Shown: in pieces, positions 8,681 to 19,219 of the stretch
Position numbering within the stretch: the first letter of the stretch is position 1
How the letters are laid out: every line of letters starts with the position of its first letter
DNA from: a virus
Length of the DNA stretch: 64,000 nucleotides
IMG/VR virus record: IMGVR_UViG_3300030099_006908
Coordinates: 30,846-94,845 of that record
Reading direction: 5' to 3' (one strand)
Notes under the pieces: model-generated
Seen by the model: the letters and a program-made list of their open reading frames with translations, nothing else
Database searches by the model: none
What the model was told of the DNA's origin: nothing
Translations under genes and position numbers: made by a program

Positions 8681-9811
8681 ATGCCAGTTACCCATAGAGT
8701 ATTTTACGCAGCAAAACGTGCAGGAATTGGTCCCGAGGGAGCAAAGGGCACAGCAAATTATACTCAAATGCATGGTCTTCAGTCCGTGGGTATGAGAACT
8801 ACTTTTAATCTATCTCAAACCTTTGAGCTTGGACAGTTATCTGTTTACGAATATATCGAGGGTCTTCCAGAGGTTTCTATAGATGTAGAAAAAGTTTTAG
8901 ACGGATATTGCCCAGTATATGTACTCGCAACAGGACAAGGCACTCAGGCTACAGACAGCACTCTCATTGGCAGGGCAGACGCCAAATGCGATTTTTTAAT
9001 TTCTGTTTTTACAGACAGCCAAACTGTTGCAGGCGGTGTTAGTGATGCCGAAGGTACGGGAGGCGCACTACAGCACGTTCTATGCTCAGGAGTTATGGTT
9101 GACTCTGTTTCGTATAGCATTGGAATAGATGGATATGCCACAGAAAATGTTACGTTAGTAGGACAACACAAAACATGGCACTCTGCAGGAAATGCAGGTT
9201 TTTCTGGAACAGGATTCAAGGCTGGCTTTATATCTTCTGCCGGTAACGATGCCCCTAAGTCTTTAAGCACTAATCTTAATATGGCTGGCGAAGACTACCA
9301 GAATGATGGCGGCGTACAGACAAGAGAGGATGTTTTGCTTGGACCCAACGGAACTACGCTACCATCAGACATAGTTGGCGTAAACAATGAAGGTAAAGTA
9401 GTTATGAATCCAGATGGAAACTTTCACGTTCACCTGCAAAGCCTTTCCTTCTCAGTAGATATGGGCAGAGAGCAGATTTTTGAATTGGGTAGAAGAGGTC
9501 TATATCACAGGTATGTTCCATTTCCAGTTCAGGTTAATGCTGAAATAGGAGTTCTCTCACAATCTGGAGACTTAATAGAGGCCCACTCAGACAGGGGAAT
9601 TGATAGAAGCGCATACCCAATACAGTTAATAATGAGAGAGGGCCTTGTAGTTGATTTAGGCAGTCAAAATAGGCTCTCTTCCGTTAATGTAACGGGAGGA
9701 GATGTAGGGGGCGGAAACGAACAAATAACATACAGTTATCAAAATTTTAATGACTTTACTGTATATCATCCAGAAGACCCAAGGTCATTCTCTAGGCCCT
9801 CAGTGCCTTAG
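8681..9811 (+). CDS. Probable virion structural protein (tail-tube-like, internally duplicated)
   Basis: Beta-rich; two copies of LQS...FELG...Y; downstream of a GGTGTATA motif. Confidence 0.5.
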   Translation: MPVTHRVFYAAKRAGIGPEGAKGTANYTQMHGLQSVGMRTTFNLSQTFELGQLSVYEYIEGLPEVSIDVEKVLDGYCPVYVLATGQGTQATDSTLIGRADAKCDFLISVFTDSQTVAGGVSDAEGTGGALQHVLCSGVMVDSVSYSIGIDGYATENVTLVGQHKTWHSAGNAGFSGTGFKAGFISSAGNDAPKSLSTNLNMAGEDYQNDGGVQTREDVLLGPNGTTLPSDIVGVNNEGKVVMNPDGNFHVHLQSLSFSVDMGREQIFELGRRGLYHRYVPFPVQVNAEIGVLSQSGDLIEAHSDRGIDRSAYPIQLIMREGLVVDLGSQNRLSSVNVTGGDVGGGNEQITYSYQNFNDFTVYHPEDPRSFSRPSVP

Positions 9812-9848
9812 TGCTATTATAAATTAAGGAAATAAAATAGGACAGAAT

Positions 9849-12329
9849 ATGTACTCTTACGAAGATGCTTTAAGTAGCTCCACAGAATATTTTAAAGGAG
9901 ACGAACTTGCCGCGAAAGTTTTTGTTGACAAGTATGCTCTTAGAGATAATAATAAAAATCTTTTAGAAAAAACGCCTGACGATATGCATCTTCGAATTGC
10001 GTCTGAGATAGCCAGAGTAGAGAAATCAAAATATAAAGAAACAAAAATAAAACCTCTATCTAAACAACTGGTCTATGAATATCTAAAAGGGTTTGAAAAA
10101 ATTGTGCCTCAAGGAAGCCCCATGTACGGCATAGGAAATACAAACCAGTGCGTTACTTTATCTAACTGCTATGTGCTTGATTCTCCAGAAGATAGCTATG
10201 GAGGCATTCACTGGACGGATGAGCAGATTACTCAAATTTCTAAAAGAAGAGGCGGTGTAGGAATAGATATTTCTAAACTTCGCCCATCCGGAGAGTCCAC
10301 TAAGAACTCTTCCCGAACTACCAGCGGCATTGCGAGCTGGATGGAAAGGTTTTCAAATAGCACAAGAGAAGTAGGTCAAGATGGTCGTCGTGGTGCACAG
10401 ATGCAATCTATTAGCGTTCATCATCCAGAAGTCCTTACTTTTGCCAACATTAAAAAAGACAGAACAAAGGTTACGGGCGCAAACATATCAATAAGACTTA
10501 CGGACGAATTTTTAAAAGCTGTGTATAGCGATAGCAAATACGAACAAAGATGGCCCGTTGATTCTAAAGAACCAAAGATAAAGAATAAGGTTTCAGCCAG
10601 AGAAGTATGGAGACAAATAATTGAAAACGCACATGACAATGCAGAGCCAGGGCTTTTGTTTTGGGACAACGTAATTGAGAATAGCCCAGCCGACTGCTAT
10701 CCAGAGGAAGGGTTTGAGACTATCTCTACCAACCCCTGTTCAGAACTTCCTCTCTCTGCCCTAGACTCATGCAGGCTTCTTCTACTGAACTTATTTGGCT
10801 ATGTAAAAGAGCCGTTCACAAGCAAGGCTTATTTTGACTATCAAGAATTCTTTGAGGACGCTAAGATTGCGCAAAGAATGATGGATGATATCATAGACCT
10901 CGAAATGGAGGCCATAGAGCGAATTATTAAAAAGATTGAGTCTGACCCAGAATCAAAAGATATTAAAGCCAGAGAGCTTGATATGTGGCATAGAATCTAT
11001 GATAATTGCAAAAACGGCAGGAGAACGGGTTTAGGGATTACGGCTCTTGGCGACACAATCGCCGCGCTTGGATTTAAGTATGCTAGCGAGCGTAGCATTC
11101 AAGAGACAGACCAAATTTTTAAAACTCTGAAATTTGCATCCTACATCTCGTCGGCAGAAATGGCAGAAGACCTTGGCCCATTTCCGGTATGGAACTACGA
11201 GAAAGAATCCGGAAACAAATTCCTAAAAAGAATGTACAGCGAGAAGCTGGATTTTGGCGGGTTAGATATCAAGGGTAAAGATGTTCTTGAGAAGGTGAAA
11301 CAAGTGGGTCGTAGAAACATATCTAATCTAACATGCGCTCCTGCGGGAAGCGTTAGCATTGAATGTCAAACAACCAGTGGTATTGAGCCCATGTTCATGC
11401 CCTCTTATACAAGAAAGAAAAAGGGCTATCCCTCTGATTCTGACTTCCGAACAGACGAAGTTGACCAGAACGGAGACCACTGGATGTACTTCAAGGTGTA
11501 TCACCCAAAGCTGCAAGACTGGATGAACGTCAATCCAGATAAAAAATTTGAAGATTCTCCTTGGTTTGGAGCGTGTGCAGAAGACTTAAACTGGAAGCAG
11601 CGAGTTAAACTTCAAGCTGCGGCACAACAGCACATCGACCACGCTATTAGTTCTACTTTAAATCTACCAGAAGATGTTTCAGTAGAACAAGTGGAAGAGA
11701 TTTATGAAGAAGCCTGGGAAAGAGGCTGTAAGGGAATCACTGTATACAGAAAGAATTGCAGGACAGGAGTTCTGGTAGAAGAGGCCAAGCAAAAGCAAGA
11801 AGAAGCTGCCGAGCAAACTGTAGAAGACGAGAAAAGGCCTAAAGAGCTACCCTGTGATGTGTACCACATTAGTGTACAGTCAAATAAGTATTTTGTTTTA
11901 GTTGGACTAAAAGATGGAAAACCATATGAAGTTTTCGCTGGCAAGAACGGGTTTCTCAACAAGGGTATCAAGAGCGGAAAAATAATCAGAAAAAGAAGAA
12001 AGGTATACAGAGCAGAGTTTGACGACGACCACCAAACTGAACTTTCACCAATTACCGCAGCCTGTACAGACCACGAAGAAACAATTACCAGGCTCATATC
12101 TGGCTATTTAAGACTTGGCGTTGATATGCATTTTATAGTGCAACAGCTAGAAAAAGTAGACGGAGAGATGCATTGTTTTGCTAGAAGCGTGTCAAGAGCG
12201 CTAAAGAAGTATATTCCTGATGGAACAGAGGAGAAGGGCGAGTCTTGCCCTGAATGTGGATATTCGTCTTTAGTTAGACAGGAGGGTTGCGTGACTTGTT
12301 TATCTTGTGGATGGAGTAAGTGCCTGTAA
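9849..12329 (+). CDS. nrdJ: Class II (adenosylcobalamin-dependent) ribonucleotide reductase
   Basis: LSNCYV, RGGVG, TNPCSELPL, RRTGLG, APAGSVS..TTSGIEP, HAISSTLNLP, KGITVYR; C-terminal CPECG..EGCVTCLSCGWSKC; no nrdB in the window. Confidence 0.92.
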   Translation: MYSYEDALSSSTEYFKGDELAAKVFVDKYALRDNNKNLLEKTPDDMHLRIASEIARVEKSKYKETKIKPLSKQLVYEYLKGFEKIVPQGSPMYGIGNTNQCVTLSNCYVLDSPEDSYGGIHWTDEQITQISKRRGGVGIDISKLRPSGESTKNSSRTTSGIASWMERFSNSTREVGQDGRRGAQMQSISVHHPEVLTFANIKKDRTKVTGANISIRLTDEFLKAVYSDSKYEQRWPVDSKEPKIKNKVSAREVWRQIIENAHDNAEPGLLFWDNVIENSPADCYPEEGFETISTNPCSELPLSALDSCRLLLLNLFGYVKEPFTSKAYFDYQEFFEDAKIAQRMMDDIIDLEMEAIERIIKKIESDPESKDIKARELDMWHRIYDNCKNGRRTGLGITALGDTIAALGFKYASERSIQETDQIFKTLKFASYISSAEMAEDLGPFPVWNYEKESGNKFLKRMYSEKLDFGGLDIKGKDVLEKVKQVGRRNISNLTCAPAGSVSIECQTTSGIEPMFMPSYTRKKKGYPSDSDFRTDEVDQNGDHWMYFKVYHPKLQDWMNVNPDKKFEDSPWFGACAEDLNWKQRVKLQAAAQQHIDHAISSTLNLPEDVSVEQVEEIYEEAWERGCKGITVYRKNCRTGVLVEEAKQKQEEAAEQTVEDEKRPKELPCDVYHISVQSNKYFVLVGLKDGKPYEVFAGKNGFLNKGIKSGKIIRKRRKVYRAEFDDDHQTELSPITAACTDHEETITRLISGYLRLGVDMHFIVQQLEKVDGEMHCFARSVSRALKKYIPDGTEEKGESCPECGYSSLVRQEGCVTCLSCGWSKCL

Positions 12330-12700
12330 TGCCTACATATGTATTTAAATGCGAAGAATGCGACTATGAACTTGAAGTTGAGCAAAGTATAAAGAAGCCC
12401 ACACCAAATAGAAAAAAGTGTCCAGAATGCGGAAAAAATAAATTAGAGAGACTTTTATTTGCCCCGCACGTTTACAATAAGCCTGGAGACGATAAAATAT
12501 CTATAGGTCTTCTCTCAGACAGAAATGCCGAGAGATTTTCACAAGACCAAAAAGAGGCTATAGATAAGAAAAATGGCGTTAAGAGAAAAAAGAAATCCTC
12601 AAAAAACAACTTCTGGGAAACCTCTAAGGAAAATATGAAAAAAATATCAGTAATGACGCCCGCGCAAAAAAAGAAGTATATAGAGACTGGTGAAAAATGA
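12329..12700 (+). CDS. FmdB-family zinc-ribbon protein
   Basis: MPTYVFKCEEC...EVEQSI...CPECG..LERL. Confidence 0.8.
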   Translation: MPTYVFKCEECDYELEVEQSIKKPTPNRKKCPECGKNKLERLLFAPHVYNKPGDDKISIGLLSDRNAERFSQDQKEAIDKKNGVKRKKKSSKNNFWETSKENMKKISVMTPAQKKKYIETGEK

Positions 12701-13050
12701 AATCGGAAAAAACAGAAGACGATAAAAAGAAAGAGATGTTGTCCAGGAAAAGAGAATATATTCCCGGCTCCACCGTTTCTGAAGTAGTGGTTGACGTTAT
12801 AACCTACAGAGCATACATAGACAAACAAACAAAGCAGAAAATATTTGAGACAGTAGATGTATCCTCAAAACAATTCTCAGCAAAAATTCCTTCTGACGAC
12901 GCTCTTGAAGCCGCTGAAATAGTGTCTGGTAATCTTGAAAAAAATCAGTCAGTCTGGGATGTCTTTGATAGTATAGAGTCCGAGAATGAAATGCTAAGAC
13001 AGATTTCAGAAGAACAACACAAACAGAAAAATATTAGCGATGACGAATAA
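12697..13050 (+). CDS. Hypothetical protein
   Basis: ATGA overlap with the previous gene. Confidence 0.55.
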   Translation: MKSEKTEDDKKKEMLSRKREYIPGSTVSEVVVDVITYRAYIDKQTKQKIFETVDVSSKQFSAKIPSDDALEAAEIVSGNLEKNQSVWDVFDSIESENEMLRQISEEQHKQKNISDDE

Positions 13051-13336
13051 TCATAATGAAAACGGCGGAGTCATTGAATGCTCAAACTGTTCAGTCCCTT
13101 TAGTTGAGGTGTGGATTACCGAAGAAAATTCATCTCAAGAAACAAAAATAATTGCTGTTTGCGACCATTGCGACGACCAATCTTTTGAAAAAAAAATAAT
13201 TGGGAAATTTTACTTAGGAGGAACAGATTACAGCTCGATAGATTCGATAGATACAGACAATGTAAAAGAAGAGGAATCAGTCATTACATATCAAGAAATA
13301 ACTGTTAAAACTAGAAAGACAGAAGAATATGGATAG
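13040..13336 (+). CDS. Zinc-ribbon hypothetical protein
   Basis: CSNC...CDHC. Confidence 0.55.
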   Translation: MTNNHNENGGVIECSNCSVPLVEVWITEENSSQETKIIAVCDHCDDQSFEKKIIGKFYLGGTDYSSIDSIDTDNVKEEESVITYQEITVKTRKTEEYG

Positions 13337-13760
13337 AGATACGAGAACAAAAGAAATGGAAGATTTCAAACTTGGCGAAGATTCCGCAGGCTCAATGCAA
13401 AGCACTGTGGGTTATACGGCTAACGAATCTCCAGATAAAGACTCGAGTGGTCATTATGTGTTTTCTGAGCCTAAGCAAATAGAGCCGGAAAATGAGTATT
13501 GCTACGCTAAAAAAATTACAATTAAAAATAATAACGGCTCCATAAGGTACAAGTACTTTGTTAAGGTGGGGCCGGATGGAAGGATTTTTAATCCATGGGG
13601 CATGTTTTCAGAAGGAACTCAGGGTAAATATTCTAGAGGTAGAGGCAAGCTTGAGTGGAAATTCACAGACGTAAAGGAAAAGTGTTTTGATTATTATTCA
13701 AAATTTTTACAATCAAGAAATGCAGGTTGGTTAAACAACGCTGAAAGGGAACTAAGATAA
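13329..13760 (+). CDS. Hypothetical protein
   Basis: 143-aa ORF in a coupled gene run. Confidence 0.6.
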   Translation: MDRDTRTKEMEDFKLGEDSAGSMQSTVGYTANESPDKDSSGHYVFSEPKQIEPENEYCYAKKITIKNNNGSIRYKYFVKVGPDGRIFNPWGMFSEGTQGKYSRGRGKLEWKFTDVKEKCFDYYSKFLQSRNAGWLNNAERELR

Positions 13761-14149
13761 TGCCTAAACCAAGAGAACTCACAGATATAGAAAAATTTTA
13801 TATACAAAATAACTTGCAAAAGAATGACTCCGAGCTTGCTTCTGGAATGTCTGGCGTAGGGCCAAAAACAGTCGCAAAATACAGACAAGAAGTAAATGAA
13901 AGCGCTGTCAACGATGCGTCTGAGAAGAGCAAAAGAGAGTCTGTTGAAGAGAGCCGAGAGGAAAGGATAGATAGACTGTCTAGGGCTCCCGATGCTGGAG
14001 AGCTTATGTCAAGAAGGGATGGCGTTTCTATAATGACACAGCAGGCGTCAGAGGTAACGGACGCAAGAAAAATAGTAAAAGGAAATAGCATCCCGGCTGA
14101 AGAATTTGAAGCAAAAAATAGAGACAAAATTCACAGACCAAAGAGTTGA
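13760..14149 (+). CDS. Hypothetical protein, possible N-terminal HTH
   Basis: LTDIEKFYIQ...DSELASGMSGVGPKTVAKY. Confidence 0.5.
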   Translation: MPKPRELTDIEKFYIQNNLQKNDSELASGMSGVGPKTVAKYRQEVNESAVNDASEKSKRESVEESREERIDRLSRAPDAGELMSRRDGVSIMTQQASEVTDARKIVKGNSIPAEEFEAKNRDKIHRPKS

Positions 14150-14152
14150 ATT

Positions 14153-14641
14153 ATGAGCGTAGAAAAGGTTGCCGTAGAAAAATACGGTCTATGTATAGAA
14201 GATTGCAATTTCTTAGAAGATAAAACTATATGGGTTGCATCTCTCTCAAATGGGCTAGTTGTTAGACAAGACGACGACAGAGCAGGTAAAGAGCCTGTTG
14301 CTTGGAAAAGGCTGGCAAAATATTGCAGCTACGAGTCTATAGACATAGACAGTCTTTACTTAAAGTTTCGCTCCCATCAAGTCCACATGCAAGAAGGGCC
14401 AGATGTACAAGGATATTATTTTTGTTACGGGGCGCATAAGGAGTTTGACGAAAACATAACGAGGCAGCATTATGTGTGCGGCGTTTTGGTCAACGGCTTT
14501 TTGGAATACGAATGGTACGAAACACCTGCTTTGGTATCGACGAAAACAAATAACAGAAAAGCAAATTCAGAAGATGTTCAATCTAGTAAATTAATATTGA
14601 AAAAAGCTGTTTCCATTGAGTCGCCATGCTTTCTTCGTTAA
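14153..14641 (+). CDS. Hypothetical protein
   Basis: 162-aa ORF. Confidence 0.55.
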   Translation: MSVEKVAVEKYGLCIEDCNFLEDKTIWVASLSNGLVVRQDDDRAGKEPVAWKRLAKYCSYESIDIDSLYLKFRSHQVHMQEGPDVQGYYFCYGAHKEFDENITRQHYVCGVLVNGFLEYEWYETPALVSTKTNNRKANSEDVQSSKLILKKAVSIESPCFLR

Positions 14642-14646
14642 TTTGA

Positions 14647-14674
14647 TTTACAACATGCTTTTTTATGCTATAAT
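14647..14674 (+). promoter_or_regulatory. Sigma-70-type promoter for the recombination/replication operon
   Basis: TTTACA, 16-bp spacer, extended -10 TGcTATAAT ending 9 nt before ATG 14684. Confidence 0.65.
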
Positions 14675-14683
14675 AATATTATT

Positions 14684-15148
14684 ATGGCAAAAGAAAAATC
14701 ACAGAAAAACCCTTATCTATCATCTTACGGTGGAGGATATATTAGGGCTGACCAATGGGTTACAGAAAAACTGTGCGCTCTTATAGCAAAAAAACAAGGC
14801 TCTGAGCTTCCAGATAAGTTTTGGAATTTACCAAACTGGAAGTCTATATTCAGAAGACAAGTACAGATGGCATCTTCTCTTCTAATAATTTATGATGCTG
14901 ACGCTATTTCGTCCGCACTTAGAGATAAGCGACTTTATAATGTAAGGTCTTTTGGCGCATTTTCATACTCAGGATTTTCTAAAATTTTAGACGAACACCA
15001 GCAAAGAATAGACTCAAATGCAAAAGAAGCAGAGTTTGAATTACAAAGTAGAGATACTAAACAAATTCCAAAATTACATAAACGAGATAACAAGTTGTCG
15101 AGGTTAAAAAATATAGATGGCGAAACAAGACCCATTCAAAGTGGCTAA
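14684..15148 (+). CDS. Hypothetical protein
   Basis: First gene after the promoter; overlaps recA. Confidence 0.6.
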   Translation: MAKEKSQKNPYLSSYGGGYIRADQWVTEKLCALIAKKQGSELPDKFWNLPNWKSIFRRQVQMASSLLIIYDADAISSALRDKRLYNVRSFGAFSYSGFSKILDEHQQRIDSNAKEAEFELQSRDTKQIPKLHKRDNKLSRLKNIDGETRPIQSG

Positions 15149-16238
15149 AGATTTATTAGCCAAACATGGAGACAATATAGTAAGAAGTGGAGACGCAATG
15201 GTTTCCGATAAGCAGGAAATCGTTTCTGTGTCACCTCTAATTGATGTAAATATAGGAGGAGGAATACCGGAAGGCTCAGTCGTGCTTCTTGCTGGCGATG
15301 AAAAGTGCGGTAAGACTGTCACAGCATTGCAAATTTGTAAAAACGCACAAGACATGGGCAAAAATATATACTATCTAAACATCGAGGCTAGGCTAAAATC
15401 CAGAGACTTAGAAGGAATAGATGGTCTAGACCTAGAAAAAATAAACGTAGTTAGTTCATACAGAGAGGATGACAGTGAAGGAAACCTTGTTCAGAGCAAA
15501 ATTCTTAGCGGAGAAGAGTGGCTCAGTTTTGCTGAGAATTTTATACATAATGACCCTGGATGTGTTGTGGTTCTTGATTCTATTTCTCAGCTTGTAACTG
15601 AACGTCAGCTACAGGCAGACATTGGGGATGTCACTGGAGACGGTGGCTTCAGACTACTTTCTCAGTTTATTGGCAGAATAGCTCCAGTAGTGGTTGTTAA
15701 TAAATGCATTGTGATAGGCATACAACACTTAATTGCAAACACCAGAGCAAGGCCAGGACAAAAGACAAAGAGCAGAAGTGGTGGTCGTAAGATTAGATAT
15801 GCGGTTGACGTAGACCTTGAATGCACATACATACAGCCCTGGAAAGCTTCTTCGGCAGAGGACGCAGAGCAGATAGGGCAAAGAGTTAATTGGATTACTC
15901 GCTCTACTGCTAGACCCATACCACCAGGAAGAAAGATTGAGTCTCTACTCAGGTATGGAGTCGGGCTTGACAAGATTGCAGAACTAATTAGTCTAGGTAA
16001 AAGCCTTGGTTTTATTAAGGTTTCCGGTTCTTGGTATGTCCTAGAGTACATGCAAAATCATTTGGATGTTCTGGGTGTGGATGAATGGTCAGTAGATAAG
16101 AAAGGCAAATTAACGCCAGAGATGTCAAAGCTAGTACAAGCTCAGGGTGAACATAAAGCTCATGACCTACTCAAAGCTAATCCACTTTATCTTGATTGCT
16201 TACAAAAAGACATATATGAAATGCTTGGGATGACTTAA
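15117..16238 (+). CDS. recA: RecA/UvsX-like recombinase
   Basis: IGGGIPEG, Walker A GDEKCGKT, Walker B VVVLDS, SGGRKIRY, IKVSGSWY. Confidence 0.88.
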   Translation: MAKQDPFKVAKDLLAKHGDNIVRSGDAMVSDKQEIVSVSPLIDVNIGGGIPEGSVVLLAGDEKCGKTVTALQICKNAQDMGKNIYYLNIEARLKSRDLEGIDGLDLEKINVVSSYREDDSEGNLVQSKILSGEEWLSFAENFIHNDPGCVVVLDSISQLVTERQLQADIGDVTGDGGFRLLSQFIGRIAPVVVVNKCIVIGIQHLIANTRARPGQKTKSRSGGRKIRYAVDVDLECTYIQPWKASSAEDAEQIGQRVNWITRSTARPIPPGRKIESLLRYGVGLDKIAELISLGKSLGFIKVSGSWYVLEYMQNHLDVLGVDEWSVDKKGKLTPEMSKLVQAQGEHKAHDLLKANPLYLDCLQKDIYEMLGMT

Positions 16239-16636
16239 TGAAGGTAATAGATTTTAACGGAAAAGAACACAACTTCCCACCAACGGGTCATCAGCCTGAT
16301 TTGGATGATGGCCGAAAAAGAAGTGAAATACACCTACACGCCAGAAGATTGCTCAGAGAGCTTTATCCAACACAAAGAATACTAGAAGAAGTGCCTCTGC
16401 CTGGAACTAAACAATACGCAGACTTTTACCTCCCTCACAGAAAAGCGGTTATTGAAGTTCACGGCAGACAGCACTATGAGTTTGTTGCGCACTTTCATGA
16501 AGATAGATGGGGTTTTGCAAAGTCAAAGCAAAATGACTCCAAAAAAGAAAGCTGGTGTGATATGAATAATATTAAGTATATAGTTTTACCATACAATAAG
16601 GTTAATGATTGGGATGACATCATATCAGAGTCTTGA
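16238..16636 (+). CDS. PD-(D/E)XK endonuclease (DUF559/Vsr-like)
   Basis: EEVPLPG..ADFYLP..IEVHGRQHY...ND..K..WC. Confidence 0.75.
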   Translation: MKVIDFNGKEHNFPPTGHQPDLDDGRKRSEIHLHARRLLRELYPTQRILEEVPLPGTKQYADFYLPHRKAVIEVHGRQHYEFVAHFHEDRWGFAKSKQNDSKKESWCDMNNIKYIVLPYNKVNDWDDIISES

Positions 16637-17102
16637 TGAGAGGTGGGAACAAGTAGAGAAAGCCCTAAAGCAGTTTGAGGTTGCTGTAGGGCTTGGTTCT
16701 TTAGGCCCAACCGAAGTTAATAGATGGATAAATATAAAACCTCAACTACTGAACAAACTTTCGGAACAGGAGTGCGCAGAAGGCGCTTACCTGCTTGTGC
16801 AGGAGGCTACTTTCGTTCAATCTCAAATTAATGTTTTGCAATCAAAGATAGATTGGTGCAACAGAAAAATCAACTCAATCATAGCTCCAATAATAAAAAA
16901 TCAAATCACACGATATATGGAAAACGAATTAAAAAGAGCTTACGCAATAAAGCAGGACGATGTTGCTGAGAGGCTGCAACAAATAGCCGATGAGGCGTCT
17001 AGCTATCACTCACGACTAATTTACCTACCCAACTCTTTGAGAGCGCAGGCTGATAAGCTAACCAAATACCAAGAAATAAAGAGAGGTCAAAACTATGCCT
17101 GA
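16614..17102 (+). CDS. Coiled-coil protein, possibly a UvsY-like recombination mediator
   Basis: All-helical heptad pattern two genes downstream of recA; function inferred from context only. Confidence 0.35.
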   Translation: MTSYQSLDERWEQVEKALKQFEVAVGLGSLGPTEVNRWINIKPQLLNKLSEQECAEGAYLLVQEATFVQSQINVLQSKIDWCNRKINSIIAPIIKNQITRYMENELKRAYAIKQDDVAERLQQIADEASSYHSRLIYLPNSLRAQADKLTKYQEIKRGQNYA

Positions 17103-17748
17103 TTTTTCAGAGATATTGAAAATAGCTGTAGAACAACAAGATTGGCAGTTAATATGCGGTCTTTACACAAACATAACAGGAGAGCCCCTGTCAGTTCCGA
17201 CTGCCGAAGAGATAAAAAAAGAAGAGGAAGACATTCTTGCAAAAGAATATTCTGTAGAAGAGCTTAAATATCAGAATCAGCTTCCTCCGGAAGAGCAAGA
17301 CCTGAAATTAGTTGATAAAAACATTGACAATATGATAAGTACCAGATATAATGACTTTACTGCTCCACCAAGAAATACCGAAAATACAGACACCTCTGGA
17401 AGAAGAATGCGGTCAGAGTCGGTTGGTAAAGCCCCGCTTAAAAATGTTATTGGAGTTAGCGAACAGGGCTTTGTTGATGACATGACCGAATCTCTTGTTG
17501 ACCCAGAAACAGGAGAGCGTTTGGTTGGAAACAATAAAGATGTCAAAATAACACCGAGAAATAAAAGGGCAAGTTTAGGGATGAACGACACATCTCTCAT
17601 AGATGTAAAATGCTCCGTTTGCAAAGAAATATCTAAGGCTTCACCCTCGATAATTTTTGGTTATTCAGAAAACGAATCTGAGAATACATGGAAATGTAAT
17701 GACTGCAGCACAAGAAGGGGTCGTCGTGAGCGAAGCAGAGGGGTGTAA
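17095..17748 (+). CDS. Hypothetical protein with C-terminal zinc ribbon
   Basis: CSVC...CNDC. Confidence 0.55.
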   Translation: MPDFSEILKIAVEQQDWQLICGLYTNITGEPLSVPTAEEIKKEEEDILAKEYSVEELKYQNQLPPEEQDLKLVDKNIDNMISTRYNDFTAPPRNTENTDTSGRRMRSESVGKAPLKNVIGVSEQGFVDDMTESLVDPETGERLVGNNKDVKITPRNKRASLGMNDTSLIDVKCSVCKEISKASPSIIFGYSENESENTWKCNDCSTRRGRRERSRGV

Positions 17749-19219
17749 TAAAAATGTTGCGGCAGAAAGGGCGGTGCTAGCTGGCCTATACCTATATGGC
17801 ATTGATGCATATCTTGACATCGCTCCAATGCTATCCCCAATGTCTTTCACGGACAGGTCTAATCAAGCGATATATAAATGTTTCTCTTATCTTTTTGAAG
17901 AGAAGGAGCTAAAAAAGCTTGATGAGTCTTCTGTTTTTTCCGCCGCAAAAGATATTGGATATTCTTGGCTGGTAGAAAAGAAAGACGAGATAAATCACTT
18001 AAACAGTATTTTTAATACTCACATACTTCTTGAAAATGTGAGGTCTTTTAGCGCAAAAATTAGCAGATTAGAAGTAGCCAGAATGCTTCGCCAACAAATG
18101 AGAGAGGCAGACGCGTCACTCAATGATATTGGCGGAGACGAGCCTATAGAACATATACTGGGCGTTGCTGAAAAATGTATATTTGACTTTACAAGCAAAT
18201 TAACAAATGCTAGCGGCACTGACCCTCAAAGACTCAGCAGTGGTATGAGAGAGCATATCATGGACAGGCTAGACAATCCAACCGAAGTAATTGGACTGCC
18301 AACGCCTTGGCCAAACTATAATGCTGCAATAGGCGGCGGTTGCAGGAGAAAGGCTGTAAGCATGATAGGCGCTAGAAGCGGCGTTGGTAAAAGCATGCTG
18401 TCTGATAACCTTGCGAAGCACCTAGCAGAGCTTGATGTTCCCGTTCTATATCTTGACACGGAAATGTCAGATGAAGACCACTGGTATCGACTTGGAGCTA
18501 ATTATGCAGATGTAACAATAAATGACTTAGAAAGCGGTAAGTGCGGAGAAAACTTTTCTGAGAGAAAAAGAGTAGAAGAGGCGCTTGATAAAATTGAGAA
18601 CCTGCCGATTGACTATATTAATATTTCTGGCATACCGTTTGAAGAGAGCTTGGCGATTATAAGAAGATGGATTCACAAAAACGTTGGCTTTGAGGATGAC
18701 GGTCGAACTAAAGACTGCATGATTATATATGACTATGTTAAGTTGATGAATGGAGAGGACTTAAAAATTGGAGTGCAAGAATATCAAGTTCTTGGATTCA
18801 TGATGACCTCGCTGCACAATTTAGCGGTAAGAAATGATGTTCCTATATTCACAATGATTCAACTTAATCGTGACGGTATTGACAAAGAGACTGCGGATGT
18901 GGTTGCTGGGTCGGATAGAGTCATGTGGCTAACTACAAACTTTTCCATATTCAAGCCCAAAAGCGATGAAGAGCTACAAGCTTCTGACCCCGACGAAGGC
19001 ACACATAAACTAGTAATAATTAAACACCGACATGGGCCAGGGATGTCAAGGGGAGATTATATAAATATGAAAATGGAAGGAGCTAAAGCTAGAATATTAG
19101 AAGGTAAAACAAAACTAAAAATAAAGAGGGAGCGAGAGCAAGGAATTAATCCTCAGCCAGAAAACGTTGCAGATGAAGTAGAAGATATACCTTTTGGTGA
19201 AAATTATGAGACAAGCTAA
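17726..19219 (+). CDS. dnaB: Replicative DNA helicase, DnaB family
   Basis: AERAVLAGL N-domain, Walker A GARSGVGKS, YLDTEM, IIYDYVKLM, QLNR, IIKHRHG; probable GTG start at 17726. Confidence 0.92.
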   Translation: MSEAEGCNKNVAAERAVLAGLYLYGIDAYLDIAPMLSPMSFTDRSNQAIYKCFSYLFEEKELKKLDESSVFSAAKDIGYSWLVEKKDEINHLNSIFNTHILLENVRSFSAKISRLEVARMLRQQMREADASLNDIGGDEPIEHILGVAEKCIFDFTSKLTNASGTDPQRLSSGMREHIMDRLDNPTEVIGLPTPWPNYNAAIGGGCRRKAVSMIGARSGVGKSMLSDNLAKHLAELDVPVLYLDTEMSDEDHWYRLGANYADVTINDLESGKCGENFSERKRVEEALDKIENLPIDYINISGIPFEESLAIIRRWIHKNVGFEDDGRTKDCMIIYDYVKLMNGEDLKIGVQEYQVLGFMMTSLHNLAVRNDVPIFTMIQLNRDGIDKETADVVAGSDRVMWLTTNFSIFKPKSDEELQASDPDEGTHKLVIIKHRHGPGMSRGDYINMKMEGAKARILEGKTKLKIKREREQGINPQPENVADEVEDIPFGENYETS

